Source: Veillonella dispar (GTDB taxonomy: Bacteria > Bacillota > Negativicutes > Veillonellales > Veillonellaceae). From it: a stretch of 56,572 nt of DNA. Positions 38,900 through 49,241 of the stretch are shown in pieces. How positions within the stretch are numbered: position 1 is the stretch's first letter; every line of letters starts with the position of its first letter. A program made the translations under genes and the position numbers. Below the pieces are notes generated by a model, which did no database searches, was not told the DNA's origin, and was given only the letters and a program-made list of their open reading frames with translations. The stretch is taken from the NCBI RefSeq assembly GCF_937975875.1, contig NZ_CALJSP010000014.1:1-56572 (forward strand), read 5' to 3'.

Positions 38900-40558
38900 C
38901 TATTGTCTGAAGTATCCCAAAGCAGTGATATGTTGAATTGATTCGTCTAAATATTGTTTGCTAGGCACCGTAAATGTTTCACCATTTCGAGTGCGTGTAA
39001 TCGTTAGTGTTTCATCTAGAATTGCAATTAACTCTGCTCGAGAGATTGGTTTTGCCATTTGCTTCATTACATATAGTAATCCTTCATCTACACTAGCGTC
39101 CTCTTGGTTAAACATATTACCTAACGTCATGTACTGTTTGCCATTACCTTCAATTAGTGTGGAAACATAATTAATAAATCGCTCAGGAATATAGCTCACA
39201 TTTTCTACAAATGGCAAGCATTCATAATTCTCACCATATGCATTGAGGTGGTTGAGGATAGAGAGGTGGAATAGGCGCACATATAGCTTGTTCATATCAA
39301 AGGTTTCGTTTGGATAATGTTCTTCTATATATTTTTGAATATCCTCTATAGTAAATAGTTGTTTTGTATTCATAAAATACTTGATAGTTTGATGTAAAGG
39401 ATCTGTCCAACCATTTGGTGTACCAAGTCTATCCTCTGCAGGCCCGCAATAGTAAATGCTATCAAGAATTTCTTTATCTACTGTTTCATTACGCACGATT
39501 GCATCTGCATTGCATTGTTTAGTTAATAAGGCCATGCGGAATTGTGTATCGTAAACGAAATCGTAGTATTGCTCCTTTGCCTTGTAATCATTATTAGAGA
39601 GGACCTTAATATTATCTACGATGCTGTCATCTAACCAAGTAATAAAGGATTTTTCTAATCGTGCATCACCAATATATACGCAGCCTTGATGCTCTGCACG
39701 CTCAATGAATTGAGCCACATAAACAGGATCATTAAAGGTTTCTAAATATTCATGGGCTACATAATAGTTATTGGATTGCAACACGCGATTGATATTATCG
39801 ATTTTATAACCAGACTGTTTTTGAATTTCATCGTCCATTTTCATGGTTTCTGCAATTAGCTTTAGCACATTCTTTGTGTAAATCGTGCGTTCTTGCAAGC
39901 TATCTTTTTTAGCCTGTGTTTCAGAATAGAGCATAATGTCGCGAATTTGTTCTAATCGTTTCCAACCAGGATATGTATTGTACGATACATAGGCGATACC
40001 GCGGTCTGATAAATTGCGATTACAAATGGATAAGATTTTATCTTTTACAATATCTGGCACCCAAGACCAGATGCCATGGACGATGATGTAATCAAAGGTG
40101 CCGAAATCATCATCGATGTCCATAATATCCTTTTCTAGCAGCGTGATATTAGTGAGGCCGATAGATTTGATTAACTCGTTACCATGCTTAATTTGGACAG
40201 GGGAGAGGTCGATGCCTGTGAAAGTTGCTTCTGGATAGTACAGTGCTTGAGGGATGATATTACCACCACAAGAGGAACCAAGCTCGAGGACACGGGCACC
40301 TTTAATTGGCGCTGGATTGAGACCGTATAGACGTGCTTTGGCAATTAAAGAGTTGATAGCACAATTAGAAAATGCTTTTGATACATAAAGAAAATCATCG
40401 TAAGAGTCCTTCAATGCATCAATCTCTTCTTGATCCGCAGACTTTTGATGCGGTGGAGCACTAATTATTTGTTGTGATTCATTATGATTGTTTCCTTTAT
40501 TGTCTTTATATACTTCATTAGAAGTGTTTTTTGATGGCTCTTTAGTTTGTGTATCCAT
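38900..40558 (-). CDS. SAM methyltransferase with methyltransferase-regulatory domain, similar to rickettsial OmpB lysine methyltransferases (PKMT-like)
   Basis: VLELGSSCGGN, GIDLS, FDYIIVHGIWSWVP, GIAYVSYNTYPGW, HEYLE and EQYYDF..FR..LL motifs; AAAGGA RBS. Confidence 0.8.
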   Translation of the reverse strand: MDTQTKEPSKNTSNEVYKDNKGNNHNESQQIISAPPHQKSADQEEIDALKDSYDDFLYVSKAFSNCAINSLIAKARLYGLNPAPIKGARVLELGSSCGGNIIPQALYYPEATFTGIDLSPVQIKHGNELIKSIGLTNITLLEKDIMDIDDDFGTFDYIIVHGIWSWVPDIVKDKILSICNRNLSDRGIAYVSYNTYPGWKRLEQIRDIMLYSETQAKKDSLQERTIYTKNVLKLIAETMKMDDEIQKQSGYKIDNINRVLQSNNYYVAHEYLETFNDPVYVAQFIERAEHQGCVYIGDARLEKSFITWLDDSIVDNIKVLSNNDYKAKEQYYDFVYDTQFRMALLTKQCNADAIVRNETVDKEILDSIYYCGPAEDRLGTPNGWTDPLHQTIKYFMNTKQLFTIEDIQKYIEEHYPNETFDMNKLYVRLFHLSILNHLNAYGENYECLPFVENVSYIPERFINYVSTLIEGNGKQYMTLGNMFNQEDASVDEGLLYVMKQMAKPISRAELIAILDETLTITRTRNGETFTVPSKQYLDESIQHITALGYFRQ

Positions 40559-40604
40559 AACGAGTCCTTTCTTATTCTTTATGGGTAAATACCAACTTAT
40601 ATAT

Positions 40605-40676
40605 CTATAACTATATTTATAACTGTAACTATATTTATATCTCTATCTATATCTATATCTATATCTATATCTATAT
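40605..40676. repeat. Hexamer simple-sequence repeat, 12 units, last five perfect CTATAT
   Basis: ctataa ctatat ttataa ctgtaa ctatat ttatat ctctat (ctatat)x5. Confidence 0.9.
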
Positions 40677-41154
40677 GAACTATCTGTTTATACAGTTTCT
40701 AAAATGGTTAGTATCATCTCCTATGGGATGACCCAATTATACTGCATTATGATTTAGTATATCATAATTTTTATCAAAATCGGCCGGAAAATTCATAGTT
40801 AATTCATTTATAAACTAATATATGAAAAATTGGTGAAAGTACCTTTAAAAGCTTGTGAAATTATTATATTCATATTTTTCTATGATCCATATTTTATAGA
40901 TAGTATATAAATAGATGACAAAATCGAGAAAAATCAATGAGATTAAATCAATTAATCGTTTATTTATAACTTACATTAATATTGTTATCGAAAAAACTAG
41001 TACTGCATAGAGAAAAATAGATTATATTTTATAAAATACGTATAAAACGCCGAAAAAATGAGTAAAAAAACACTCATATATTAAATTTTGTTTAACAAAA
41101 TAAAGGTTCTAACAACAAACTTTGCTGTTTATGATAAAAACATGAAGAAAACTA

Positions 41155-41183
41155 TTTACAACATTTTCGATATATGATATTCT
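41155..41183 (+). promoter_or_regulatory. Promoter of the large trimeric autotransporter
   Basis: TTTACA-17 bp-(TGA)TATTCT. Confidence 0.6.
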
Positions 41184-41331
41184 GTTCATGACACAAAATG
41201 AAAGAAATATGAAAGATACTCAGAAAGGCGTAAAGGTATGGGAAATTTAGGCTTTTCCTTCTTTTGTATTTATAATGATTTAATTATAAGGATTGTAATT
41301 GTGTCTAGTTAAGAAAGGGGTTCATAGTAAT

Positions 41332-44300
41332 ATGAATAAAATCTTTAAAGTTGTTTGGAGCAAAACTAAAGAGTGCTACGTAGTAGTTTCCGAAGTTGCA
41401 AAAAACAATGGTGGTAAGAAAAAAGCTCTTGCTAGCGTATTAGCTGGTTTAGCTATGGTAGCTGCTACAGCAGGTACACCTGTACAAGCTAGTGTAGGTT
41501 TGGGGGGCAGTGCCATTAACATTACACCTGATGGTACATTGAATGGTAGTAACCAAACATCTAAAAACTCCGTAGTTGTAGGTTACCAAAATAATGCTGC
41601 TGGTGGCCCAGCTGACGAAAGTGGCAAGATCATCTATGGTGCTGCAAATACTGCAAATAGAGAATCCTCTTTAGCACTTGGTAATCAAAATAAGGCTATT
41701 AATAAATCTGCAAGTGCAATCGGTGTTGGCAATACAGCATCTGGTGAAGCATCTGTAGCAATGGGTAACTCCAGTACAGCATCTGGTGACCGTTCTATCG
41801 CGATCGGTTCTGGCGCAAATGCTACTGAAGGCGCTGCTGTGGCAATCGGTCGTCAAGCTGAAGCAACAGCTTCCAGTGCTGTGTCTGTAGGTTACTTAAG
41901 TAAAGCTAAAAAGAATGTTGCTGTAGCACTTGGTGTTAATAATAATGTAGATGGTGAACAATCTACAGCCGTAGGTTCTAGTAATACAATTGCAACTGAT
42001 GCTAACCAAGCAACTGTAATTGGTCGTACAAACAAAATTAATAGAGCAGGTTCCTTTGCTGGTGGTTTTTCCAATGTTACTAACGGTGAACGTAACGTAG
42101 CAGTTGGTAGTGAAAATACTACTACAGGAGAAGATAGTATTGGTATTGGTACTAAAGTAATTGCTGGTACAGGTAAAACAATTGCTATTGGTAGTGTAGC
42201 AAGTGATGCTGGTAAATATTTACAAACAATTGCACGTGGTAACGATACTGTAAATCCTGCAACAGGTCAGGTAAATAATGTATTTGCACTAGCTATTGGT
42301 AACGGTGCTCAAGCAGATGGTAAAGCTAAAAGTGCATCTGGTATGATTGCAATCGGTCAAGAAGTAAAGGCTGATAATAATAATACAATTGCAATTGGTG
42401 TTAAAACTGAAGCAACTGGTAATAATGGTACAGCTGTAGGTAGTTACGCTAAATCTATTGGTACCTCCAGTGCTGCATTCGGTACACAAGCTGTTGCTAA
42501 TGGTTTAGGCGCTACTGCATTCGGTCCTGGTGCAAGTGCTGGTGATGGTTCTACTGAAGCAGATGGTTCTACTGCTGTAGGCCGTAAATCTACTGTAACT
42601 GCTGCAGGCGGTACTGGTATTGGTTGGGCTACAACTGTAAGTGCTAAAGATGCTACTGCAATCGGCCATAGTGCTACTGCATCTATCGCTGGCGGTGTTG
42701 CTCTAGGTTCTGATTCTGTAACAACTACAGATAAAGGTATAAAAGGTTACAACCCAGCGGATAGCCGTACTAATAAATATAGTGATCAAGCTGGTGCAAT
42801 TGGTACATCTACATTAGCTGCAGTTTCCGTAGGTAATGGTACAACTGCAACTCGTCAAATCACTGGTGTTGCAGCAGGTACTGCTGACACTGATGCAGTT
42901 AACGTAGCTCAATTGAAAAACGTTAATTTAAAATATGCTGGTGACACTGGTAATAGCGACGTATTGTTGAAAGACGGTACATTGAATGTTAAAGGTGATG
43001 ACAAATTCATCTCCACATCTGCTGATGCAAATGGTGTAAAAATCACTGCTAAAGTAGGTGAAAATATTACTACTAATGCTGATGGTAAAGCAGTAGCTCC
43101 TACTACAAACGGCATTGCTACTACTGACAATGTAACTCAAGCGATCAACAACTCTGGTTGGAAAGTAACTTCCGCTAACAACGGTGGTACTACAAACGGT
43201 ACAACTTCTGAAAAAGTGAGCCCTGGCGACACTGTTACTTTCAGCGCTGGTAAAAACATTGTATTAGACCAAGCTGGTAAACAATTCACATACTCCTTGA
43301 ACAAGGACGTTGACTTGACTAAAGATGGTTCTTTAACAATTGGTGATACTAAAGTTAACAACGATGGCTTAACAATCACTGGTGGTCCATCTGTTACAAA
43401 AACTGGTATCGATGCTGGTAATAAAAACATTACTAATGTAAAAGCTGGTGTAAACGATACTGATGCAGTTAACGTAAAACAATTAAAAGACGCTAAAACT
43501 AAACTTGTAGATGGTAAAAATACTACTGTTGAAGGTGATGGCTCCACAGCTACTCCTTACAAAGTTAATGTAGAAGGTGACTTGAAAGGTATTACATCCA
43601 TTTCCAATGCTGACGGTGGTCCTAAAATGACAATTGGTGGCAACTCCATCAACATCACTGGTGGCCCACTTAACATGGGTGGTAGCAAAATCACTAATGT
43701 AGCTCCTGGTACAGATGATACTGATGCAGTTAACGTAAAACAATTAAAAGCTGCTAAGACAGAAGTTAAAGCTGGTGCAGGCGTAACTGTAGCTAAATCT
43801 CAAGGTGCTGAAGGTCAAGATATCTACACAGTAAGCTCCACTGGTGCTACTGGTAACACTGATCCTTCTAAAGTTGAAGCTGGTAAAAACACTACTGTAA
43901 CAGGTGATGGTACAGCAGCTACTCCTTACAAAGTAAATGTAGAAGGTGACTTAACAGATATCTCTTCCATTACAAATGGTAACGGTTCTGGTAAAATCTC
44001 CTTCGCTGGTGATCAAGTTGTAAAAGTTGAAGGCGACAACCCTATTTCCTTAGATGGTAAAGGTGGCTATGTAACTGGCTTACAAAATAAAGATTGGGAT
44101 ATTACTAACCCAACGTTTGTTTCTGGTCGTGCAGCAACTGAAGACCAATTGAAAAAAGTAAGCGATGGCTTCAACAACACAGTTAAATTGGCTGGTAACA
44201 CTGGCAACACAGATACTCAAAAATTGAGCCAAGCTGGTGGTTTAAGCTTCGGTGTAGTTGGTGCTAACAACGGTCAATACATCAAAACAACTGCTTCTGG

Positions 44301-47300
44301 TACAGATGTAGTAGCTGATTTGTCCGATGACGCAAAAGCTAAATTAAACCACAAAGTAGAAGTAGCTTCTGGTTCTAGCAATGTAACAGTAACTACAGAT
44401 ACAACTGATCCTAATAAAACAATTTATAAAGTAGCTGTAGCTAATTCTTCTACACCTGGTGGTGCTTCCTCTACTGAAAGTGTAGTTAAAAAAGCTGACG
44501 CAGCTGGCGACACTAACATTGCTGACGTTACAGTAGCTGGTGGTAAAAATACTAATGATCCAGATGCTCAATACGAAGTTAATGTTTCCCGTAATGCAGT
44601 TAAAGATGCAGCACGTGAAGCAGTAACAGTTAACAACGGTGGTACAACTACTGGTGGCAACTACACAGCTGATGCAAATAACCCTATCTCTGTAACACCT
44701 AAAGAAGATGCAGCTAACCATAACACTACATATGAAGTAACATTCGATGGTGAAAAAGCAGCTAAACAAATTCCTTTGACATACAAAGCTAATGGTACTG
44801 GTGACCAAACAGTTAAATTGGACAAAGGTCTAAACTTCACTAACGGTTCCAACACAACAGCTTCCGTAGCTGCTGATGGCGTAGTTAAATACGATTTGAA
44901 CAAAGACGTTGATTTGACTAACGGTGGTTCCTTAACAATTGGTGATACAGTAATGAACAATGGTGGTTTAACTATCACTGGTGGTCCATCTGTTACTAAA
45001 ACTGGTATTGATGCTGGTAGTAAGAAAATTACTAACCTAGCTCCTGCTACTGATGGTACAGACGCTGTTAACTACGATCAATTGAAAGCAGCTCGCACAG
45101 TTGTTACTTCTAAAGATAATTCTGTAACAATCAACAAAACAGAAAATGGCGATCAAGTAACATATGACTTACATGTAAATGCAGCTGCTGGCACAGCATC
45201 TACTTGGAACTTGAAATCTGGTGCAGTTTCTACTACAGAAGGTACACATTCTGGTGACACAGATCAAAACATTGCAGACGGTAAATCCGTTACAATGCAA
45301 GCTGGTAAAAACTTAACTGTTAAACAAACTAACGACGGTAACGGTAATACAGAAGTTGCATACGCTCTTGATAAAGAACTTAAAGATCTTACAAGCGTAA
45401 CTACTGAAAAAGTAACAACTAAAGAAATCGGCTTACAAGATCCAACTGGTAAAACTACAACAATCAAGAACGATGGCGACCGTATTACATACACTAAAGA
45501 CGGTGATACTAAAGTTCATGAAGTAGCTACTCTTGAAGATGAAAAACACATCAAACCAGGTAGCTATGCTGTAGACAATAAAGGCAACGTAACAATGACT
45601 TACGTTGACGGTAAAGGTCAAGATGTACCAAATGATAAAGTAGAGCTTACTGGTATTGCTAAACAAGATCTTTCCAACATCACTGATGCAGGTAAGAAAG
45701 TAATTACTGGTCTTGGTTCTAAAGTTGAAGCTGGTGACAACGTAACTGTTACTGATACAACTGATGCAACTACAGGTCAAAAAACTTACACTGTAAATGC
45801 TAAATTAGCGAAAATTGAAGACGGTAAAAACACTAAGAAATCTGGTACTGGTACAGACGCTGATCCATACAAAATTAACGTTGAAGGTGACTTAGCTGAT
45901 ATCAACTCCATCACAAATGGCGCTGGTTCTGGTAAACTCACATTCGGTCCTAACGAAACAGTAACAGTTGGTGGTACTAACCCTATCACATTGAACGCTA
46001 AAACTGGCAATATCGGTGGTTTGACTAATAAAACATTCGATCCTAACAATATCGTATCTGGTCAAGCAGCTACAGAAGATCAATTGAAATCTGTACATGA
46101 TACATTGAAAGCTTCTGAATTGCATATCGCTCCTACAGCAGTTAAAGCTGGTAGCACTGAAGCTAAAGGCGGTGTAGCTAACGGTACTGAAAACGTATAC
46201 AAATACGATGCAGCTACTAAGAAAGTTACATTAACTTACAATGATGGCAACGGTAAAGCAGTAACTGATACTAAAGCAGTTATCGACTTCTCCGACTTGA
46301 ACATCCCAGCTCCTGCAGCAGCTTACAGCTTCAAAACTAATGCAGCTGGTAACGTTGACGGTACTTCTACAGAAACAGAAGTAGCAAGTGGTAAAACTGT
46401 AAACTTCGGTGCAGGTAAAAACTTGACTGTAAAACAAGAAATCGGTACAGATGGTAGCCACACTTACACTTATGCATTGAACAAAGACTTAACTAACTTG
46501 GATAAAGTAGTTGTTAATGGTAAAGATGGTAAAGACGGTGAAGATGGTGTATCCATTACTGGTCCTACTGGTGCAGCAGGTACAGATGGTAACAACGGTA
46601 AAGTTGGTATCACTGGTAAAGATGGTAAAGATGCAGTATCTATCTCCGGTAAAGATGGCGTAGGTCACATTGGCTTGACTGGCCCTGCTGGTAAAGATGG
46701 TAAAAATGTAACTGCTGATATTACTGTTAAAGAAGGTAAAGCTGGTGTAGACGGTAAAGACGGTGTTGATGGTATCACTCGTATCTTCTACAACGATAAA
46801 GATGGCAACGAACATCAAGTAGCAACTCACGATGATGGCATGAAGTTTGCTGGTGACGACGGTCAAACTGATCCAACTAAAGTTATTAAGAAACATCTTA
46901 ACAACGTAGTAGATATCGTTGGTGGTGCTGATAAAGACAAATTGACTGATAACAACATCGGTGTAAATAACGACAATGGCAAATTGAAAGTTCAATTGTC
47001 TAAAGACCTTGATCTTACTAAAGATGGTTCCGTAAAAATTGGCGATACTAAGATTGATAATGACGGTATGACTATCACTGGTGGTCCATCTGTTAAGAAA
47101 GACGGCATCAATGCTGGCGATAAGAAAATCACAGGCGTTAAAGCTGGTGAAGACGATACAGATGCTGTAAACGTTAAACAATTGAAAGATAACGCTACAA
47201 CTGTTAAATCTTCCGATAACTCTATATCTGTAACAGACACTAACACTGATCCTGCTAAAGGTCATGCTTATGACATCAAGATCAATAACCAAGGTGTTGT

Positions 47301-49077
47301 AAACAACGCTCAAATTCCAGTAGTATACACTAAAGAAGATGGTACTAAAGTTTACAAACAACCAAATGGTACTTTCACAACAAATGTTGATGGTACTGGC
47401 GACGTAGTTCCAGCAAACGAAGTTATAGCATCCATGAATAATGCTGCTAACTCTTCTACTGATCCTACTAAGTTACAAAACGTTGGCTCCTCTATTGCTG
47501 ATAAAACTGGCGATACTTACTTAGATAAGATTAACAATGCTGCTGCTGATCCTCATGCTAAGACTGGTGCTGTAAACGTATCCGACCTTAAAGAAACTGC
47601 TGATGCAATCGGCAACAAAGGTTTGAACTTCGGTACACAATCTACTGGTGCTAATAGTGAAATCCATAAAAACTTGGGTGAAAAACTTGAAATCGTAGGT
47701 GAAGGCACTAAAGCTGATGACAACTACAGCGCATCCAACATCAAAACTATGACTAAAGATGGTAAAGTTGTAATCGGTCTTGATAAAGATCTTAACGGCT
47801 TGAACTCCATTGGCGTTCCTGGTAAAGATGGCGTAGCTGGTAAAGATGGTGTATCCATCTCCGGTAAAGATGGTGCTAACGGTATCGACGGCAAAGTTTC
47901 CATCGGTAAAGATGGTAAAGATGCTGTATCCATCGCTGGTAAAGACGGTGTAGGTCACATTGGCTTGACTGGTCCTCAAGGTCCTGCTGGTGCAGATGGT
48001 ACTGGTGTAGATATCTCTACAGATCACGGTTCCAAAACTCTTGTTAAACCAGAAGCTAACAATGGCGATAAATCTGAACGTATCGTATACGTACCAAAAG
48101 ATAAAGATGGCAACCCATTGAAAGATACTGATGGTAACCCAATCAAACGTGAAGTAGCAACTATGGATGATGGTTTGAGATTCACAGGTAACAACACTGG
48201 CACTGAAAACAAACATGCGTTGAATACGCTTGTTAAAGTTCAAGGTGAAGGTGTGACTGCGGCTCAATCCACTGCATTCCAATCCGCTGCTGGTAACATC
48301 AACGTAGTAGCTGATGGTAACGATACTTTAACTGTTAAATTGAACAAAGACCTTAAAGGTATCAACTCCATCAAGAATAGCGACAATGGTCCTGCATTGA
48401 ACTTCAACGCTGGTGACCTTTCCGTAACTGGTGGTAACCTCAACATGGGTGGTAACAAAATTACTAACCTTGGTAAAGGTACTAACGATACAGATGCGGT
48501 TAACTTGAAACAATTGAAAGATTCCCGTACAATCGTTAAATCCACTGATGGTACTGTAGGTGTTCAAGAATCTGAAACTACAGATGGTGCAAAAGTATAC
48601 GACTTGACTACTGGTGCAAGCCCTCGTTTCGATGAATTGACAGACGAAATCGGCCGTACTGGTGCACAAGGTGCAGCTCTTGCAGCATTGAAACCTATCC
48701 AATACGATCCATTAGAACCAACTCAAATCATGGCTGGTTATGGTAACTACCGTGGTAACTCCGCTATTGCAATGGGCGTTGCTCACTACAAAAATGAGTC
48801 CACAATGATGCATGCAGGCTTAGCTTGGGCAGGTGGTTCCCGTCACATGATGGCAAATGCTGGTGTAACTTGGAAAGTTGGCAACCGTGATAGCGAAGCT
48901 GCTGTAGCAGATCGTTACCGCAAAGGCCCTATCAGCTCTGCTTATGCAATGCAACAAGAAATGGCTTCCGTTAAAGCACAAAACGCTGGATTAAAAACAG
49001 AAGTATCTGATTTGAAAGCTGAAAACGAACAAATGAAAGCTCAAATTGCTGCTATGATGGCAAAACTTGGTATGTAA
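41332..49077 (+). CDS. Large trimeric autotransporter adhesin with ESPR extended signal peptide (~2581 aa)
   Basis: MNKIFKVVWSK..YVVVSE ESPR after an AAAGGGG RBS; YadA heads, many TDAVNV.QL necks, GKDG repeats, anchor and terminal coiled coil. Confidence 0.93.
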   Translation: MNKIFKVVWSKTKECYVVVSEVAKNNGGKKKALASVLAGLAMVAATAGTPVQASVGLGGSAINITPDGTLNGSNQTSKNSVVVGYQNNAAGGPADESGKIIYGAANTANRESSLALGNQNKAINKSASAIGVGNTASGEASVAMGNSSTASGDRSIAIGSGANATEGAAVAIGRQAEATASSAVSVGYLSKAKKNVAVALGVNNNVDGEQSTAVGSSNTIATDANQATVIGRTNKINRAGSFAGGFSNVTNGERNVAVGSENTTTGEDSIGIGTKVIAGTGKTIAIGSVASDAGKYLQTIARGNDTVNPATGQVNNVFALAIGNGAQADGKAKSASGMIAIGQEVKADNNNTIAIGVKTEATGNNGTAVGSYAKSIGTSSAAFGTQAVANGLGATAFGPGASAGDGSTEADGSTAVGRKSTVTAAGGTGIGWATTVSAKDATAIGHSATASIAGGVALGSDSVTTTDKGIKGYNPADSRTNKYSDQAGAIGTSTLAAVSVGNGTTATRQITGVAAGTADTDAVNVAQLKNVNLKYAGDTGNSDVLLKDGTLNVKGDDKFISTSADANGVKITAKVGENITTNADGKAVAPTTNGIATTDNVTQAINNSGWKVTSANNGGTTNGTTSEKVSPGDTVTFSAGKNIVLDQAGKQFTYSLNKDVDLTKDGSLTIGDTKVNNDGLTITGGPSVTKTGIDAGNKNITNVKAGVNDTDAVNVKQLKDAKTKLVDGKNTTVEGDGSTATPYKVNVEGDLKGITSISNADGGPKMTIGGNSINITGGPLNMGGSKITNVAPGTDDTDAVNVKQLKAAKTEVKAGAGVTVAKSQGAEGQDIYTVSSTGATGNTDPSKVEAGKNTTVTGDGTAATPYKVNVEGDLTDISSITNGNGSGKISFAGDQVVKVEGDNPISLDGKGGYVTGLQNKDWDITNPTFVSGRAATEDQLKKVSDGFNNTVKLAGNTGNTDTQKLSQAGGLSFGVVGANNGQYIKTTASGTDVVADLSDDAKAKLNHKVEVASGSSNVTVTTDTTDPNKTIYKVAVANSSTPGGASSTESVVKKADAAGDTNIADVTVAGGKNTNDPDAQYEVNVSRNAVKDAAREAVTVNNGGTTTGGNYTADANNPISVTPKEDAANHNTTYEVTFDGEKAAKQIPLTYKANGTGDQTVKLDKGLNFTNGSNTTASVAADGVVKYDLNKDVDLTNGGSLTIGDTVMNNGGLTITGGPSVTKTGIDAGSKKITNLAPATDGTDAVNYDQLKAARTVVTSKDNSVTINKTENGDQVTYDLHVNAAAGTASTWNLKSGAVSTTEGTHSGDTDQNIADGKSVTMQAGKNLTVKQTNDGNGNTEVAYALDKELKDLTSVTTEKVTTKEIGLQDPTGKTTTIKNDGDRITYTKDGDTKVHEVATLEDEKHIKPGSYAVDNKGNVTMTYVDGKGQDVPNDKVELTGIAKQDLSNITDAGKKVITGLGSKVEAGDNVTVTDTTDATTGQKTYTVNAKLAKIEDGKNTKKSGTGTDADPYKINVEGDLADINSITNGAGSGKLTFGPNETVTVGGTNPITLNAKTGNIGGLTNKTFDPNNIVSGQAATEDQLKSVHDTLKASELHIAPTAVKAGSTEAKGGVANGTENVYKYDAATKKVTLTYNDGNGKAVTDTKAVIDFSDLNIPAPAAAYSFKTNAAGNVDGTSTETEVASGKTVNFGAGKNLTVKQEIGTDGSHTYTYALNKDLTNLDKVVVNGKDGKDGEDGVSITGPTGAAGTDGNNGKVGITGKDGKDAVSISGKDGVGHIGLTGPAGKDGKNVTADITVKEGKAGVDGKDGVDGITRIFYNDKDGNEHQVATHDDGMKFAGDDGQTDPTKVIKKHLNNVVDIVGGADKDKLTDNNIGVNNDNGKLKVQLSKDLDLTKDGSVKIGDTKIDNDGMTITGGPSVKKDGINAGDKKITGVKAGEDDTDAVNVKQLKDNATTVKSSDNSISVTDTNTDPAKGHAYDIKINNQGVVNNAQIPVVYTKEDGTKVYKQPNGTFTTNVDGTGDVVPANEVIASMNNAANSSTDPTKLQNVGSSIADKTGDTYLDKINNAAADPHAKTGAVNVSDLKETADAIGNKGLNFGTQSTGANSEIHKNLGEKLEIVGEGTKADDNYSASNIKTMTKDGKVVIGLDKDLNGLNSIGVPGKDGVAGKDGVSISGKDGANGIDGKVSIGKDGKDAVSIAGKDGVGHIGLTGPQGPAGADGTGVDISTDHGSKTLVKPEANNGDKSERIVYVPKDKDGNPLKDTDGNPIKREVATMDDGLRFTGNNTGTENKHALNTLVKVQGEGVTAAQSTAFQSAAGNINVVADGNDTLTVKLNKDLKGINSIKNSDNGPALNFNAGDLSVTGGNLNMGGNKITNLGKGTNDTDAVNLKQLKDSRTIVKSTDGTVGVQESETTDGAKVYDLTTGASPRFDELTDEIGRTGAQGAALAALKPIQYDPLEPTQIMAGYGNYRGNSAIAMGVAHYKNESTMMHAGLAWAGGSRHMMANAGVTWKVGNRDSEAAVADRYRKGPISSAYAMQQEMASVKAQNAGLKTEVSDLKAENEQMKAQIAAMMAKLGM

Positions 49078-49103
49078 TCATTTGTGAGTGTAAGAACTGA
49101 ATG

Positions 49104-49156
49104 AACAAAGGAAGGTATGCGCTACCTAGCGTAGCGCTTACCTCTCCCTATTGTTT
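49104..49156 (+). terminator. Intergenic hairpin (weak terminator or mRNA stabiliser)
   Basis: AGGTA-T-GCGCTAC-CTAGC-GTAGCGC-T-TACCT with only a short T-tract. Confidence 0.5.
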
Positions 49157-49241
49157 ATGAAAATAATGCTTTTAAATATGAACGTGAAACGCGTGAGAGA
49201 TACTTTCACCATAATCTAACGATAGAAAAGAGGAATATAGA

